From Syncephalis fuscata S228 (lineage: Eukaryota > Fungi > Zoopagomycota), in assembly GCA_025786725.1 (NCBI GenBank), contig JAHLTZ010000031.1:249222-313221 (forward strand): a stretch of 64,000 nucleotides of DNA, in the 5' to 3' direction. The notes beneath the pieces are model-generated. The model was not told the DNA's origin, did not search any database, and saw only the letters and a list, made by a program, of their open reading frames with translations. Below, piece after piece: positions 13,151 to 26,765 of the stretch. Both the position numbers and the translations under genes were made by a program. Position 1 is the stretch's first letter. Every line of letters begins with the position of its first letter.

Positions 13151-14682
13151 ATGTCTCATCAAAGCGGTATTCAAGGTAAGTAGCTGTATACATCAACAAG
13201 TTTTTTAGTAATTACAATGCAACAATAGCTTCAAAAGAATTAATCGAGCGGTTTGCACAAGCTATCGCTAGCGACAATGACCGAATCATCCGAGTATCCA
13301 TTAAAAACGGTAAGTCTTGGCATTTAACAATGACTAGCTAATCATTTAACGATAACGAAACCATTTATTTATATCTAGAATCATTGGTAGAAGACGGTGT
13401 TGTTCCCGTGAAAGACAACTGGGAAACAGGCAAGCATATTAAAGTAAAGGTCAAACATATTGGTTAACGATAAGCTGTGTAGATTTCTCGCTAGTGGAAG
13501 GACTTCTTGAGGAGCGTACACCATCCTATATACTGTATCGACTGGACAGTAAGAATAGTTCAGATGATCATGAATGGCTATTTATGGCCTATGTACCGGA
13601 TCGTGCATCAGTACGCGACAAAATGTTATACGCCTCAACACGGGCCACTCTAACCAAAGAACTGGGCAATGCTCGATTCACCGATGCACTTTATGGTACA
13701 ACACGGGTAGGCAATATTTGTAATAATAAACAATAAGCCGTGTATACTAAATATTGATTAATAGGAAGAACTTACACTGAAGGGCTATAAAGATCATTTG
13801 CGTCATTTAAAAGCAGCCGCACCACTTACCGAGGCAGAGGAACAAATGGAACAACTACGTGTTACCGAGGTAATGACTATTAGAAAGCACAATGCAGTAA
13901 CAATTTATTTATTTTATACCATTCAATAATTTGCTATTAATTGATAAACTAGGCGGCAACTAGTGTTGGTAATGGTAGCCGTCGTAATCATATGGCAGCT
14001 TTAGGATTTCCAATTGAAGATGCGGCCCAAGATGCTTTGAAGCAGCTTCAATCAGAAGGCCATAAGGACAATTGCGTAATATTGGTAAGTCAGATGCCAA
14101 AAGCGACAACAATTTACTGACAAACTGCATTAGCGATTAAACATCAAAGAGGAAAAGGTTGAACTTGATACAGTACAGACGGTTACTGTCTCGAATTTAG
14201 CAACAACAATACCCAAGGATCTACCACGCTATACCTTTTACTCTTACAAGAAAGAAGATTCAACCGAAGCAATTGGTATGTAGTAATAAGATGGCTAATG
14301 CCTCAATAAGACCAATAATGATAACGACAATAACTATTAGTATTTATTTACACTTGCCCTTCTGTGGCTAATGTACGCGAGAAAATGATTTACTCGTCGG
14401 CGCGTGAAACATTATTAAATACCGTCAGCAATATGGGTTTAGTTGTAGCAAAAAAGGTTAATAGCATAAAAAGTGTAAAGGTCAATTACTAACCCAACTT
14501 TAATAACAATATAGATGGAAACGGATGATGTTAGCGAATTAACAACTAAAGAGATAAGCGATTTATTTCCTCCAGAAGAAAAGAGTAGCACGGCTGGAAT
14601 ACGACCAGCGGCCTTTAAACGTCCTCCACTACCAGGTCGCGGTCGAGCCCGCCCTACAAATCGTACAGCGCAATTGGAATAG
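13151..14682 (+). CDS. TWF1: Twinfilin (two ADF-H domains)
   Basis: MSHQSGI start; PSYILYRLD, YVPD.A.VRDKMLYASTRATL, PRYTFY, FIYTCP...VREKMIYSS; C-terminal FKRPPLPGR. Includes a GC-AG intron at 13430-13482. Confidence 0.93.
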
Positions 14683-14895
14683 TTTTCCATTCAGCATCTA
14701 CAACATTGTCTATGACAAGAAATAAATATGATAAACAACATGAAGCGCTTACTTAATGTGAACTGATTGGAATAAATGAAAAATAATAATTTATTAGTAG
14801 ATATGATAAACAACAATTTATAACAAAAAGTCAATGTTATACTTAATAGATTATAATGATCTTTCTACATTTATTAATATACTATTATTGGTTAT

Positions 14896-17148
14896 TTATA
14901 CATCGAATGCGGTACCATAATAAAGTGAATTGGCCGATGCCGCCCACAATGATGGCCTCATTGCACTTTGTTGCTCTATTGATGCTAGGTGTGTACGCCC
15001 TGGACACAATGGTCCATACCACTGAATTGTCGGTACTACTTGCGGCAATGGATCTAAAGGTCGTCGAAGCTGTTCGCCCGTCATAGTCGACCAACAACGA
15101 ATGTTTTTATCTTGTCCCGCTTGATAAATAAACTTGTGGTTAATCTTCTCTCCCTTTGTATTAATTAATTTGATGCTATGTTACTTACCGGCTGACAGCA
15201 CAACTCCTGTACTATCGAGGGCAATACCAAGTCGCTGCGTGTATTCATTAACATGACCAGCAAATTCCAACAAAGGTGCTGCCATGGCACGTTTGGAATA
15301 ACTATCGGTCGACCTAGACTTTACCGCAGCAAATCGCATATCCCACAACCGAATCTAGATGATTAGTATAAAAATGATGATGATTAGTAATAGCACAATA
15401 AGCTTTTATAATTCATCTGCTTACTGATCCATTCATAGCACTTGAAATCAAATGCCAGTCATTTAGTGGTAATAGTGAGCACACCGCAGATGAATGCTTT
15501 AATCCAGAAATTGTTGATGCCTTATAGGACTAGTCTCTCGTAAATCAAGTAATCGAATACGGCCATCACGACAACCAGCTTTTACAATGGGCTAGATTGA
15601 TAGTAATTAATATGGAAAGTGATTGAAACTGTAATTTAGTAATTATCGTATTACCATAGATCATTAGTGACTGTGATAGCAAATACATCACTGGATACAG
15701 AAATACGTGTATTGACAATGCCGTCGGGAGAAATAATTCCTATAATTTTACTACCACCTACATTTACATTAGTACTGCAGTTGTAGATAGAACTGGTTTT
15801 TAATAACTACCAAGTGCTACGACCGAGTCTGCAATATCAGAACACCAAAGAGAAGAATTGATTATAGGATGGTTGGTGCCGGTACTTATATCTATTACAA
15901 ATATTATAAACATTATTTAACATGTCTATTCCTATTAGTATCCTACAGTGTTGATCATGATCCACGTCTATTCGATGTATAACAGCAGTACCAGGCCATC
16001 TTGATTACCCAGACTAGTTGCTCTATTGTAACAAAGGTATAAGTCTGTGTACATTCTAATAATATGTAGGTATAATACTTACACAAAATAATTATCTTTT
16101 CGCAATGAAATAGACGTAATCTGCTCATTTGTATATTAGCTGTGCCACATACTTTCAACAAATTATCATATACTTGCTTGTGATGTCATAGTTATTGATG
16201 AACTGGAGGAATGTGCCAATACTGGCTGATTTTGACGATCGACTGACAAACGACGCAATCTATATTATATGTTATTATCGCCTACAACTGTACTCTAATT
16301 AAAACTAACTCTAGACTGCCCTCTTTAGTACCCAACAGCATAAATCCGCCATGATCGGCTATCTATATTCATTTTAATTGGCAAGCTTAATAACAAACAT
16401 TTAATTATTACCTGCATATCTGTGATATCGCTATGAGTGACATTTTCATCCGTTAAGCCAAATGATTTTATACCAATGGTGGCTGCGGCTGCATAATGTC
16501 TATTGAGCACTATTAGCATCCATAGCAATAACGACAATTTTATTAAATCACTCACCGATAAGACAAGGGCCTTGCATTTAATTCTCGTCTTTTTAACATA
16601 CTGTGTACATTATAGTTGCGTCGCCATTCTGCTCCATATTGTTTCTGCTCGATTTTTAATTGATTTAACTATCGATACATACAATTAACCATCTATAGTA
16701 TAGTATAGTAAATCATATAGTTTGCTTACCTGTTCTTCTAAGCGCTGCTTTTTACGAATAGTTTCATAGCTTGAAGGCAGTGGACCAGCTGCCCCTTGAT
16801 TGACAATTCGGAAATAGCGACGACGTTCTACATCATAGTAGAATCCTGGTATTTCTGGCATTATAGAGCCGCTAGTGTTCGGTGATGCCATGGCTGGCGC
16901 ACTAGCATCCGAATGCCCAACCAATGCTGTCGACAGCACTACTCTAGACTGCCCGTGCCTGCCTCGCTGTCTCCTACTAGAATCTCCTCTATATCCACCT
17001 CCTCCTGACTGCTGATGAGTTGTTCTTTTATAACTGCCGTTCTGATGATGTGCATTATGATTGTGTCGTCCGCGGTTAGAATTGCTGCCTCGTTGGCCAC
17101 GTCTACGATATGTATTGGATCCAGGTCGCGCTCACGACTATTACTCAT
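14896..17148 (-). CDS. DCAF4/WDR21-like WD40 protein
   Basis: PEIPGFYYDVERRRYFRI motif; later exons AGCRDGRIRLLDL, SAMNG.IRLWDMR, DKKIRCWS. RG-rich N-terminus needs a 1-nt correction just after the ATG at 17148; an in-frame ATG also exists at 16891. Confidence 0.75.
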
Positions 17149-17241
17149 AGTGTATTGAAATAAAAATGTTTATTCAACTATTGGCTGTGGCGATTTTTAT
17201 TTTAAACTTTTTTTATTCTTTATTGTCGTAACTACAACAAC

Positions 17242-18554
17242 ATGGATATTCTTGAGGCGCACTTGGGACCTGCCGCTAACCGTCCAAACAAGATAATGGA
17301 CGAAGCGGGAATGTTGGCGATGCTAAAAGAGACACCGTTGTTTATGCAAGATCTGCCAGAGGATTCCGGTGATAATGTAACTTTGCAAGCATTACAATCG
17401 TTGGCTTATGCTGGAACACCTGAAGGTGAGTAAATAATTATAAATAAAATGTATTTAACACCATGTTTGATGAAAGAAAATGCTGAAAACTTTAAAAAAC
17501 ACGGCAACGATTGTTTCCGTGGGGGTAAATCGCGCTATCTAGATGCTATTCAGTATTATACGCGTGCACTCGATGAGAAATGTGATGATACGGCGCTTAA
17601 TGTGGCCTGCTATATTAATAGAGCTGCCTGTAATCTAGAACTTGGTAAGTAGCAATAGTTACATCTATATCCTATAATTACTAAATGTTGTATAGGAAAC
17701 TATCGTCGAGTTCTTAATGATTGCGCCAAAGCTATTACACTGGATCCCAAATGCGTCAAAGCCTACTATCGATCTGCCAAAGCCTGTAGATTGTTAGAGA
17801 AGATTAAAGAAGCATTGGATGCTTGTAATCGTGGACTGGAAGTAAGCGGCTGTTTCAAAGACTAAACTATGATATATTTAGTTATATTACTATTACGTAG
17901 ATAGATCCAGATAACGCCACACTAATCAAGGAAAAAGAGGCTATTCATTCGTTAGAAAACAGTTTAAATGAAAAACAAAAAGCAAAAGAAGCGCGGGACG
18001 AGAAATCACGCGCGGCAGAAGAACAAGTAGCACTAGCCATCCAGGTTAGATAAATGGATATGCATAGCTATCTTAGTAAACTAACATTGTGACAGGAACG
18101 CGGCATTCGCACGATTACACGGCCACCAATTCCTGACAATCCACACAAAGTGCATATTGATCCGGAATCGGGCCACTTGCAATGGCCGGTGTTTTTCTTG
18201 TATCCAGAGTACAAAGAATCTGACTTCATTGCGGCATTTGACGAACAATCTACGTTCGAAGACCATTTGAACATTATGTTTGATCCTACTCAGCCACCAG
18301 CGCCTTGGGATAAGACGGGCTCGTATCGGCCCGAGCTATTAGAAGTCTACTTTGAGGCCATTCCACTGCTGGCTTCAAACGGACAGAAGCAGAACAATAG
18401 CGAAACGCGGCTAGTAAAGGTTGGTCGTCGATGCACTCTTGGCCAAGCATTGCGCCATCGATCATTCACGGTGGTTAACAATATGCCTTCATTTATTATT
18501 CTACCGGCTGTGTCACCATTTAAGGCTAACTTTTTGGCACGACATGCCAAATAG
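17242..18554 (+). CDS. CNS1: Hsp70/Hsp90 TPR co-chaperone Cns1/TTC4
   Basis: TPLFM, LQALQSLAY.GTP, AENFK..GNDCF, NRAACNLEL.NYR..LNDC; wheel domain WPVFFLYPEYKESDFI. Confidence 0.93.
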
Positions 18555-19698
18555 TAAAATAAAATACATTTTTTAGTTTATACGAAATAAAAAACAACAA
18601 ATTTTTATCCATTTATCTTTGTTTTGAATACCAAAAGCAATCGTTTTAAGATGCATCATACTCTTTCAAAACTGTAATGGTGTGCTGCCATTGATTTGCG
18701 GCCTAGCAAGGATGTGCTTTGGTATAACTATTATTGGAGATATAATCAGTGTAGATTATACGCTCAATTCTATTATTTTAGCTATATTACACTGAATATA
18801 TAACTGTGGATATATCTTTCCTCTTTCGTTCTGCACTATGCCTTTATTAAAATGAAATAAAATACCTTTTCAATACTCTATGACTCTATCATACTATATT
18901 TTCCTTTAAACATAAGCTATTATATTGTTGCGAATATTGTGATATTCAGGAAGAAACATCATAGCTTCTATTTTAAACAAATGGTCAGATTATGTAATAA
19001 AAATACAGGTTAATCTGTGCATTTTATTACATGTGTACTGGATCATTGGCTAAGAGTATATTTAACATCAAACAATAAATAAAACATTAAATTCTGCATA
19101 TTAATATACTAGCTTTACGTTAATAGGGCATAAGTGGTGTTATGCTGACTAAAAGTCTCCTTAAATATTATTTACTATAATTATTTATAAATACAGAATA
19201 ACTGGCTCTCCCAAGACACTAACATTGGTAGTGCAGCTGTATCACTAGTCTAATATACTTTAAATATGTGTTTAGCAAAAAGCAAGATCATTCAGCAACT
19301 GCCGTCTAGTTCATTCATACATCAATTCCCTGCCAATGTTCCGGTTTATTTATCTTCTAATCAATGGAATTGTTATATTATTAATAAATTTGAATTTAAT
19401 TAAATAGATTTAATTATGCAAACTGGTAGTAATAAACGTTTCTTTTTATTTTAATTATATTTGCTTTCTGCTTGCCAATCAGTAGAATAATGCTGTGGCA
19501 ATAAAACTATTGATTGATTAACACAAAATATCCTGCTAGATTGCTGGTCATTAACAAAATGTTTTAGATGCTTAGATACCAGTTTGAGAACAAATACCCA
19601 AGCGTTACTCCTGAAAGTCTCCTTTTGCACATTTAAAGATCATTTGTTTGCTGACGCTTGCCGTTCATTTTTCTGCTCATTACTCTATCTTTATTAAA

Positions 19699-20085
19699 AT
19701 GTTAAAGTATTTTTCTGCCTTGTTAGTAATTATTCTGATGTTGAGTACCGCCATAGGTGCTTCAACACTCACCGTCAACAATGATCTACGAAATTATAAC
19801 GCATCAACTGAGCAGTGCGTAAACAATATGGGTTGCATGTTTTGCACACTACAAGTGCCAACTTGCCAACCAGAATGTGGTGAAGATTCCATTTGCGAAG
19901 TTACACCACAAACGTGCTGTCAATGCGCAACTGCCCATTGCAAGCCTAAGAATAAGTACAAGCCTTGCATCAACTGTTTATGGCGTCCTACATGCGACCG
20001 AGTTAGATGTCGTGGAGGGACACATTGTGTTGAAGTGGCACCAACATGCCATTCATGTGGTAGTGCTAACTGTGTCCCCAACTAG
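19699..20085 (+). CDS. Small secreted cysteine-rich protein with two Opy2-N-like repeats
   Basis: Signal peptide MLKYFSALLVIILMLSTAIGA; two modules C..C....P.C...C.....C...P.TC..C..A.C; no TM segment. Confidence 0.75.
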   Translation: MLKYFSALLVIILMLSTAIGASTLTVNNDLRNYNASTEQCVNNMGCMFCTLQVPTCQPECGEDSICEVTPQTCCQCATAHCKPKNKYKPCINCLWRPTCDRVRCRGGTHCVEVAPTCHSCGSANCVPN

Positions 20086-20370
20086 TCACAAATATTATTA
20101 CAACAAATTTGTTGCATGAAATAAACTAGTATAGTAGCAATAAAGATGCTTGCTATTCGTTTTTTAATAATAATAATAATAATAATAAAACTCCTTGGTA
20201 TTAATGTGTTAGCAAATAGCCCCTTAAACAGAATCTACTGCTTGAGAAAGCACACGGTCATAGCGTTTTGTTAAAAATATTTATTGTAATGAATAAAAAC
20301 CAGCTATAATAATAAAATCTAATTTATAAAATGAATAATGATATTGATACACTAATAATATTGCTATATC

Positions 20371-21849
20371 CTATGCTAAAGTAAAATCAAAAATACTAAC
20401 AGCTCCCGAGATGGGCTTAAAAAACAAAAAGGTAGAATACACTTCGATTAAAGGCCAGTTGACCTGCTTAGTAGTAACAATAGTAGTTTTTGGAATACCG
20501 GAATAAACGTCAATTATTTGCGTGCTATTCTTTCCTGTCGATAAGAAAAAGCCACCGAGGATTGGCTTCAGATTTAGTAACGCGCCATAGCTGTAGGCGT
20601 GCAGTATATCACCAGTTACCAAATCAACAATGTTACAAAAATATTGCGTTTCAACAAGTGCCGTTGTACGATCCAGACGATAGGCAGGCCATGCTTCTTC
20701 AAAGCAGCAGAGCGGTTCCTGTCCACCAGTCACGTTGGCGTCATATATAGCTAATGTAGGATACATTCCATTATTTTGATATTCTACATAAACGTAATCT
20801 GGTCCCAGTCGACTTATTGCAACTCGATCAGATTTGGCAGTTATGCAAAAGTATCCTTTGCTCAATAGATCTACTACTAGTCCATTTGTCAATAGATCAC
20901 AGCGATACTGGCGCCAGTCGATCCGATACTGTGAACTGGCGGTAGGAGCAGTTAACAGTACAACGCTATCTGTTTCAGCAGCGATAATGGCATGAACGTA
21001 TTGAATATTCAATGGTAGCCGCGAATACTGACAGGTGGCCAGATTTACCAGCCAGATTGGATCTTGGTCAGAGTAGCCTCGGAAAACCACCCAACGGCCA
21101 AAAGTTATAGTGCGTTTAAAGTCATTATGATGGTATGAAAAGCCAGGAATTTCAAATGGCACCCATTTGTCATCAGAGTAGGTTGGACGAACAAAAAATG
21201 TGTTTCTAGCCTCTACTACGGTATAACAACCGTTACTTATTATCGGTTTAACATGTCTTGCGTGCCCATCTTCAGTCTTATCGAATGTGGATAGCGTTGG
21301 TATATCGTTAAGTGCCGTGGTGATATTGCCAGGCATTTCTGCTGGACGTAGATATGTCAGCCGAACACTTTCCTGATTAACTAGCTTTAGCGGTATGCTA
21401 GAGGCACTTGTAGGCATTATATGGATACCTGAAATGGTTTCGGGTGAGTATTCATCATAGTGCCATTGTCTATGATGTTTTCCAAGCCAATTATCCTGTA
21501 CTGTTAAGCGGTACTGGTACGCCATCTTCCAATTGACTCCTGAAAATGCCCAGTGCTCTTCCAGATTGTCCAGCAAATCAACAGGCGCATTTTTGCCACG
21601 TCTAAACTCTCGCCAGATTTTGTTGCGGTACCACATCAAAAAGTCTTGTTCATGCTCAACGTATTGCCAATGAAAACTGCGTCCATAGCATCCACGCCAG
21701 TATTGATTTGACTGTCTTAGCGATGTATGGATTGCACGGCTAGTGCATTCCAACTCTAGCAAAGCGTCGTCATCCAGCTTTTTTAATAAATCGTCACGTT
21801 CGCTTGGTGGCAATAGCACCAATATTATTTCTAATTTAGAATAAATCAT
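20371..21849 (-). CDS. Intronless F-box-like protein, 492 aa
   Basis: N-terminal L..L.....LL.L..TSR.....L.....YW and ..NWK..Y..R.....NW, typical of the F-box and following helix. Beta-rich C-terminus. Confidence 0.65.
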   Translation of the reverse strand: MIYSKLEIILVLLPPSERDDLLKKLDDDALLELECTSRAIHTSLRQSNQYWRGCYGRSFHWQYVEHEQDFLMWYRNKIWREFRRGKNAPVDLLDNLEEHWAFSGVNWKMAYQYRLTVQDNWLGKHHRQWHYDEYSPETISGIHIMPTSASSIPLKLVNQESVRLTYLRPAEMPGNITTALNDIPTLSTFDKTEDGHARHVKPIISNGCYTVVEARNTFFVRPTYSDDKWVPFEIPGFSYHHNDFKRTITFGRWVVFRGYSDQDPIWLVNLATCQYSRLPLNIQYVHAIIAAETDSVVLLTAPTASSQYRIDWRQYRCDLLTNGLVVDLLSKGYFCITAKSDRVAISRLGPDYVYVEYQNNGMYPTLAIYDANVTGGQEPLCCFEEAWPAYRLDRTTALVETQYFCNIVDLVTGDILHAYSYGALLNLKPILGGFFLSTGKNSTQIIDVYSGIPKTTIVTTKQVNWPLIEVYSTFLFFKPISGAVSIFDFTLA

Positions 21850-22519
21850 CGTACGAAAGTATTCAAAAACTATAATTGGAAATAGATATTACAGCGATGA
21901 ACTGGTTATTAAAAAGATATGTCTCTAGAACAAGGCTACACGGATATGCTATATTAAAACGATTTGAAGAAAGAAATGCGTACCCGGAGATTCAATGGCA
22001 GACTTGTAATTTTGAGAACAAGGCACGCGAATCAACAGTCTTGTGCTCTTTCCTTTTTCGTCAAATATATAACAGTCTCAGCACCGATCTATCAAAAACT
22101 GGTGTTGTATTCAAACTACACCCGCCTTGAAATCATCCAGTAGTATGTAATAACAAATACAAGAATATAATATGTAACTAGTAGCTTATGGATAATATTG
22201 GTTAGTTTTAATGCGTTGATATTGGTTAAACAATATAGCCTACTGAACCATTATTTGATCTCACATGCCAATTAGCAATACCACGTTGCTCTGTGTTTGA
22301 ACGCATGGTAGCGCCACGCATTTATTGTACATGGCACATGGCGCATGGCACACATGATAATATTATAATATACAATTATTTATTTAATCAACTCCTTTTT
22401 CGTGAGATTACATACTACAAATTATCATTCAATACTTGAATGGTGCGTTTTAGTTTGTTTGCTTATTATTACATTATCATTAAGCAATATGTTAATCATT
22501 TATTGTCATTTAGTTGTAA

Positions 22520-22975
22520 ATGAATATTTTAATAACATTCGCGCAATTGAACTGCACATTCATTTATTGAACATGGGACAAGTGGTGAGTTTTATTTAAT
22601 CGTCACATCATCACACTTATTGCTTTTTTGGGGGATAAATGACTAATATTTAATAACGCCCAATCTATTGAACATGATGATGGGTGGTGAGTGACATCAG
22701 TCATCAAATACTCGTCATCATAGATTCGTTATCCAGTATGCATATATCCACCATTTACCTATATCATTCCCATTCTGTCCCACACTACTATGTATCATTC
22801 TACGATACACTAGACAAATTTTATTGTTTATACGCGGCAATATACTTTGCTCCTTCCACTCATTCCACTATATACACTGTAGCTTTGACACCGCTTTTTA
22901 TGTTTTCTATGATCGCCCATCTTTCCTCTATCCAAAATCATGTTTATTTTTGCACCAGGCTAATTATTAACAAAT
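22520..22975 (+). repeat. Copy of the dispersed repeat family
   Basis: Near-identical inverted match to about 25640-26000 (the spurious ORFs 22684+ and 25596- translate almost identically) and direct match to 24800-25010. Confidence 0.85.
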
Positions 22976-23859
22976 CGAATTATTGTAACCGTCTGCTAGA
23001 CAAGCCGGCAATTGTCAATTAGCAATGGCTTTGGTGTTGATCAAGCAAAACAATGCGTATCCACAGTAATGGCAAGGTCAGCCGGAAATGGCCCAATGGG
23101 TGGCTGTATTACTACGGGCTCTGGAGTTGAATGTTAAACCGAGTCACGGCAATACTCCATATTAGGAAGGTGGTACAAAAAACGGAAGTGATGTAGTGGC
23201 GTGCTGTGTACATTGAGGCCAATATGAGTGAAATAGAACGAATAAAGCGTACCACTACATAGCTCAATAGCCAGAAACAACCCGGGCAATGCAATCGATG
23301 CATACGCGACGTAAAACAAACAAAATACGTCAGCTGATATACGAGTAAGAACCTGCAAGGACCATACTGAGTGGTCATTAGCTGAAAGCACTGCAATGAC
23401 TGCAATGACTGCACTAGAATAAGCCAGATTGGCAGCCAGCAGCCAGTATACTATACACCAATCGACAAACTAGCATAATAAACAAATTATAGCGATAAAT
23501 AAACAAATTTATATTTATATTTAACGATTTTCACCAATATTTGACCAATATTGCTATGATATGCATATACAATTCTAAATAAAAACAATAAATATTTAGA
23601 CATTTTATTTTATTGGTTTATTATAGCCAGAATTGTCATGCGAGTACGCAGAACCAATCGGATTTGCAGTATATATATTCGTTAATGTACTGTTAACTTT
23701 ATCAATATGCCCAACTGTGACTGTGTAATATGGTCATTAGCAGAAAAAGCGTAATGAAGGGCCAATTCAACTATAAAGCTAGAGTCGAATGGACAACGCC
23801 AACCGATAGAGTGTGGCCAATATACTGTATAACAATGTACAACAACATTTAATAAAATA

Positions 23860-24155
23860 AAAGTGTACAGCATAAACAGAATGGAAATAATGCAAGTAAA
23901 TGGTGGATATATGCATACTGGATAATAAAGCTACAATAATGAGCATTTGATAATTGATGTCACTCACCGCCCATCATCATGTTCAATAGATCGGGCGTTA
24001 TTAAATATTAGTCATTTAACCACCAAATCACAATAAATGTAATAATGCGACGATTAAATCAAACTCACCACTTGTCCCCATGTTCAATAGAACGAAAATG
24101 TAGTTCAACTACGCGAATGTTACAAAAAAAAGTCATTTGACCCCCAAATCACACT
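23860..24155 (-). repeat. Copy of the dispersed repeat family
   Basis: GTCACTCACC.CCCATCATCATGTTCAATAGAT and AAACTCACCACTTGTCCC cores in reverse orientation. Confidence 0.8.
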
Positions 24156-24191
24156 AAGCAATAAACGATTTTAGTTAAAAAAAGCTATAAT

Positions 24192-24712
24192 GTGATATAT
24201 AATGGTATATAATGGTATATAGTGGTATATAGTGATATATAGTGATATATAGTGGTGCATAGTGGTGTATAGTGATATATACTTTCTTATACTGCCTTAC
24301 ACCGCCTTATACCGTCTTATGGAGCTGTATGGAGCGGTACGAAGCGGTACGAAGCGGTATAAAGCGGTACAAAGCGGTATAAAGCGGTACGAAGCGGTAT
24401 AAAGCGGTACGAAGCGGTATAAAGCGGTACGAAGCGGTATAAAGCGGTACGAAGCGGTATAAAGCGGTACGAAGCGGTATAAAGCGGTACGAAGCGGTAT
24501 AAAGCGGTACGAAGCGGTATAAAGCGGTACGAAGCGGTATAAAGCGGTACGAAGCGGTATAAAGCGGTACGAAGCGGTACGAAGCGGTATAAAGCGGTAC
24601 GAAGCGGTATAAAGCGGTACGAAGCGGTACGAAGCGGTACGCCGTCTTATACCTTCTTACACCGTCTTATGGAGCGGTACGCCGTCTTACGCCGTCATAT
24701 AATGGTATATAA
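24192..24712. repeat. 10-bp-period minisatellite, (GAAGCGGTAT AAAGCGGTAC)n core with AGTGGTATAT and ACCGTCTTAT variant flanks
   Basis: About 30 near-perfect 10-mers at 24331-24640, with degenerate 10-mers on both sides. Confidence 0.95.
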
Positions 24713-24764
24713 CAATATATATATTTTTATAATTGTTTATTTAATCATTACATTATTACATGTA

Positions 24765-25010
24765 GTGTGATTTGGGGGTCAAATGACTAAATTTAATAAC
24801 ATTCGCGCAATTGCACTGCACATTCACTCTATTGAACATGGGGACAAGTGGTGAGTTTTATTTAATCGTCACATCATCACACTTATTGCTTTTTGGGGGA
24901 CAAATGACTAATATCTAATAACGCCCAATCTATTGAACATGATGATGGGTGGTGAGTGACATCAGTCATCAAATACTCGTCATCATAGATTCGTTATCCA
25001 GTATGCATAT
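24765..25010 (+). repeat. Copy of the dispersed repeat family
   Basis: Nearly identical to 22530-22747. Confidence 0.85.
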
Positions 25011-25329
25011 ATTATCACAGTATGTGTTGTTACTATTTATACCCGTCATTTTGCTTGATTAATATTAAAACTATATCTAATTGACATGATCTAGTTTATT
25101 TATAAATAATTTTAATAAAGCATAACTTTATTTATATTCATATTATTTGTTCTATCAATATAACTCAGTAAACAAACTAAGTGCGATATTTCAATATTTA
25201 TTAATAAAAAAGCTGAAACCATACCAACGACGGTTATAAATAGCGTATAGTCAATATACAATAAAATAATAAGCATTATAATGAATACACAATATTGAAC
25301 GAGATTAGCAATGTTTAAGTTATTGAGCA

Positions 25330-26030
25330 TATATGCATGAACAGATGACCGACATTAGTTGGACTTTTTTAATAATAAAGCTAGAACAAAAAGGACAACT
25401 GCAATAGCTAGTGCGTATTTACTGGACAATAAAGCAGTATATAGAATACTAAATATGCAATATAGAGTGACGATTAGCAGTATTAAAGTTATTGAGCATA
25501 TATGCATGAACAGATGACCGACATTAGCTGACATTTATTAATAATAAAGCTAGAACAAAAGTAAAAATATATTTGGATACAGAAAGGTTAGACAATTATA
25601 AAATGATATATAAAATAATAAATGTACGGCAAGAAAGCATATAAAACGATGTCAAAGTTGCAGTGTGTATAGTGGAATGAGTGGAATGAGCAAAGTATAT
25701 TGCCGCGTATAAACAATAAAATGTGTCTAATGTATTGTAGAATGATACATAGTAGTGTGGGGCAGAATGGGAATGATATAGGTAAACGGTGGATATATGC
25801 ATACTGGATAACGAATCTATGATGACGAGTATTTGATGACTGATGTCACTCACCACCCATCATCATGTTCAATAGATTGGGCGTTATTAAATATTAGTCA
25901 TTTGTCCCCAAAAAAGCAATAAGTGTGATGATGTGACGATTAAATAAAACTCACCACTTGTCCCTATATTAAATAAGACAAAAATGTAGTTCAGTTGCGC
26001 GAGTGTTATTAAAATATTCATTTGGAACCC
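25330..26030 (-). repeat. Copy of the dispersed repeat family with an internal ~170-bp duplication
   Basis: Reverse complement of the 22520 copy. TTATTGAGCATATATGCATGAACAGATGACCGACATTAG occurs at both ~25320 and ~25489. Confidence 0.8.
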
Positions 26031-26639
26031 AAACAACAATAAACTATAATAAACTATAATTATTACAACATATATGAAGACTGGAAGGGCGGCTGGTGGA
26101 TAAATGCGGTCAAGTGTGAAGAAAAAAGGAAAGTTATGACGTAGATTAGCAGCTATACAATTGCCAGAATAGATGTATAGTGCTGTTAGTCAAAGCGATA
26201 AAGTAATGCGAATGATAAACTAATGCATTTGGTGTCAAACAGTTATTTTAAATGATATTTGCATAATAGAACTAGACATTTGTTTTATTGAATACTATTA
26301 TTCGTTTGTTGCTACCTCCAGTATTTATAAACTTTACTTGTTTTACTCATTCACATATGCAGATATACACTGTAAAATTAATGCTACTAATTACATTCTT
26401 TTACTTATATATTAATGTACTTGCAATATATATTGTTTATTTATTTACATTACTATTTAATAGTAATTGCTGTCTATAGTCATATATTAACAATAATAGT
26501 ATCTATTTATTTATAAGTATTATATATATGATTATTGATGTAGTTATGAGTGTTGCGTACAGTCAAATAGTAGCAATAACAATAAGATTTTACGTAAACT
26601 AAAAATTACGAACGAGTTGCAAAAAACTGCTTCCATTTC

Positions 26640-26757
26640 AACTACGTTCATTGCGCCTAGAAAGCACCGGATCCCGTCCGATCTCCGAAGTTAAGTTAGG
26701 CCGCGCTTCTGTAGTACTGCGGTGGGGGACCACGCGGGAATGAGAAGTAATGTAGTT
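26640..26757 (+). rRNA. 5S rRNA
   Basis: 118 nt; terminal helix AACTACGTT/AATGTAGTT; conserved GAAAGCACCGGATCCCGTCCGATCTCCGAAGTTAAG and TAGTACT..GGTGGGGGACCAC.CGGGAA. Confidence 0.93.
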
Positions 26758-26765
26758 CCAAGCTA

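Noticed and set aside
23000-23470. Membrane-protein gene on the minus strand
   Set aside because: Only hydrophobic fragments in shifting frames; at most a pseudogene remnant and not supportable as a feature.
24331-24640. Interstitial telomere repeat
   Set aside because: The 10/20-bp unit does not resemble TTAGGG-type repeats and is embedded in the dispersed repeat structure.
22684-25856. Similar short ORFs MVSDISHQIL… (22684+, 23779-, 25596-)
   Set aside because: These are chance ORFs inside the dispersed repeat, with non-ATG starts and frames not conserved among copies.
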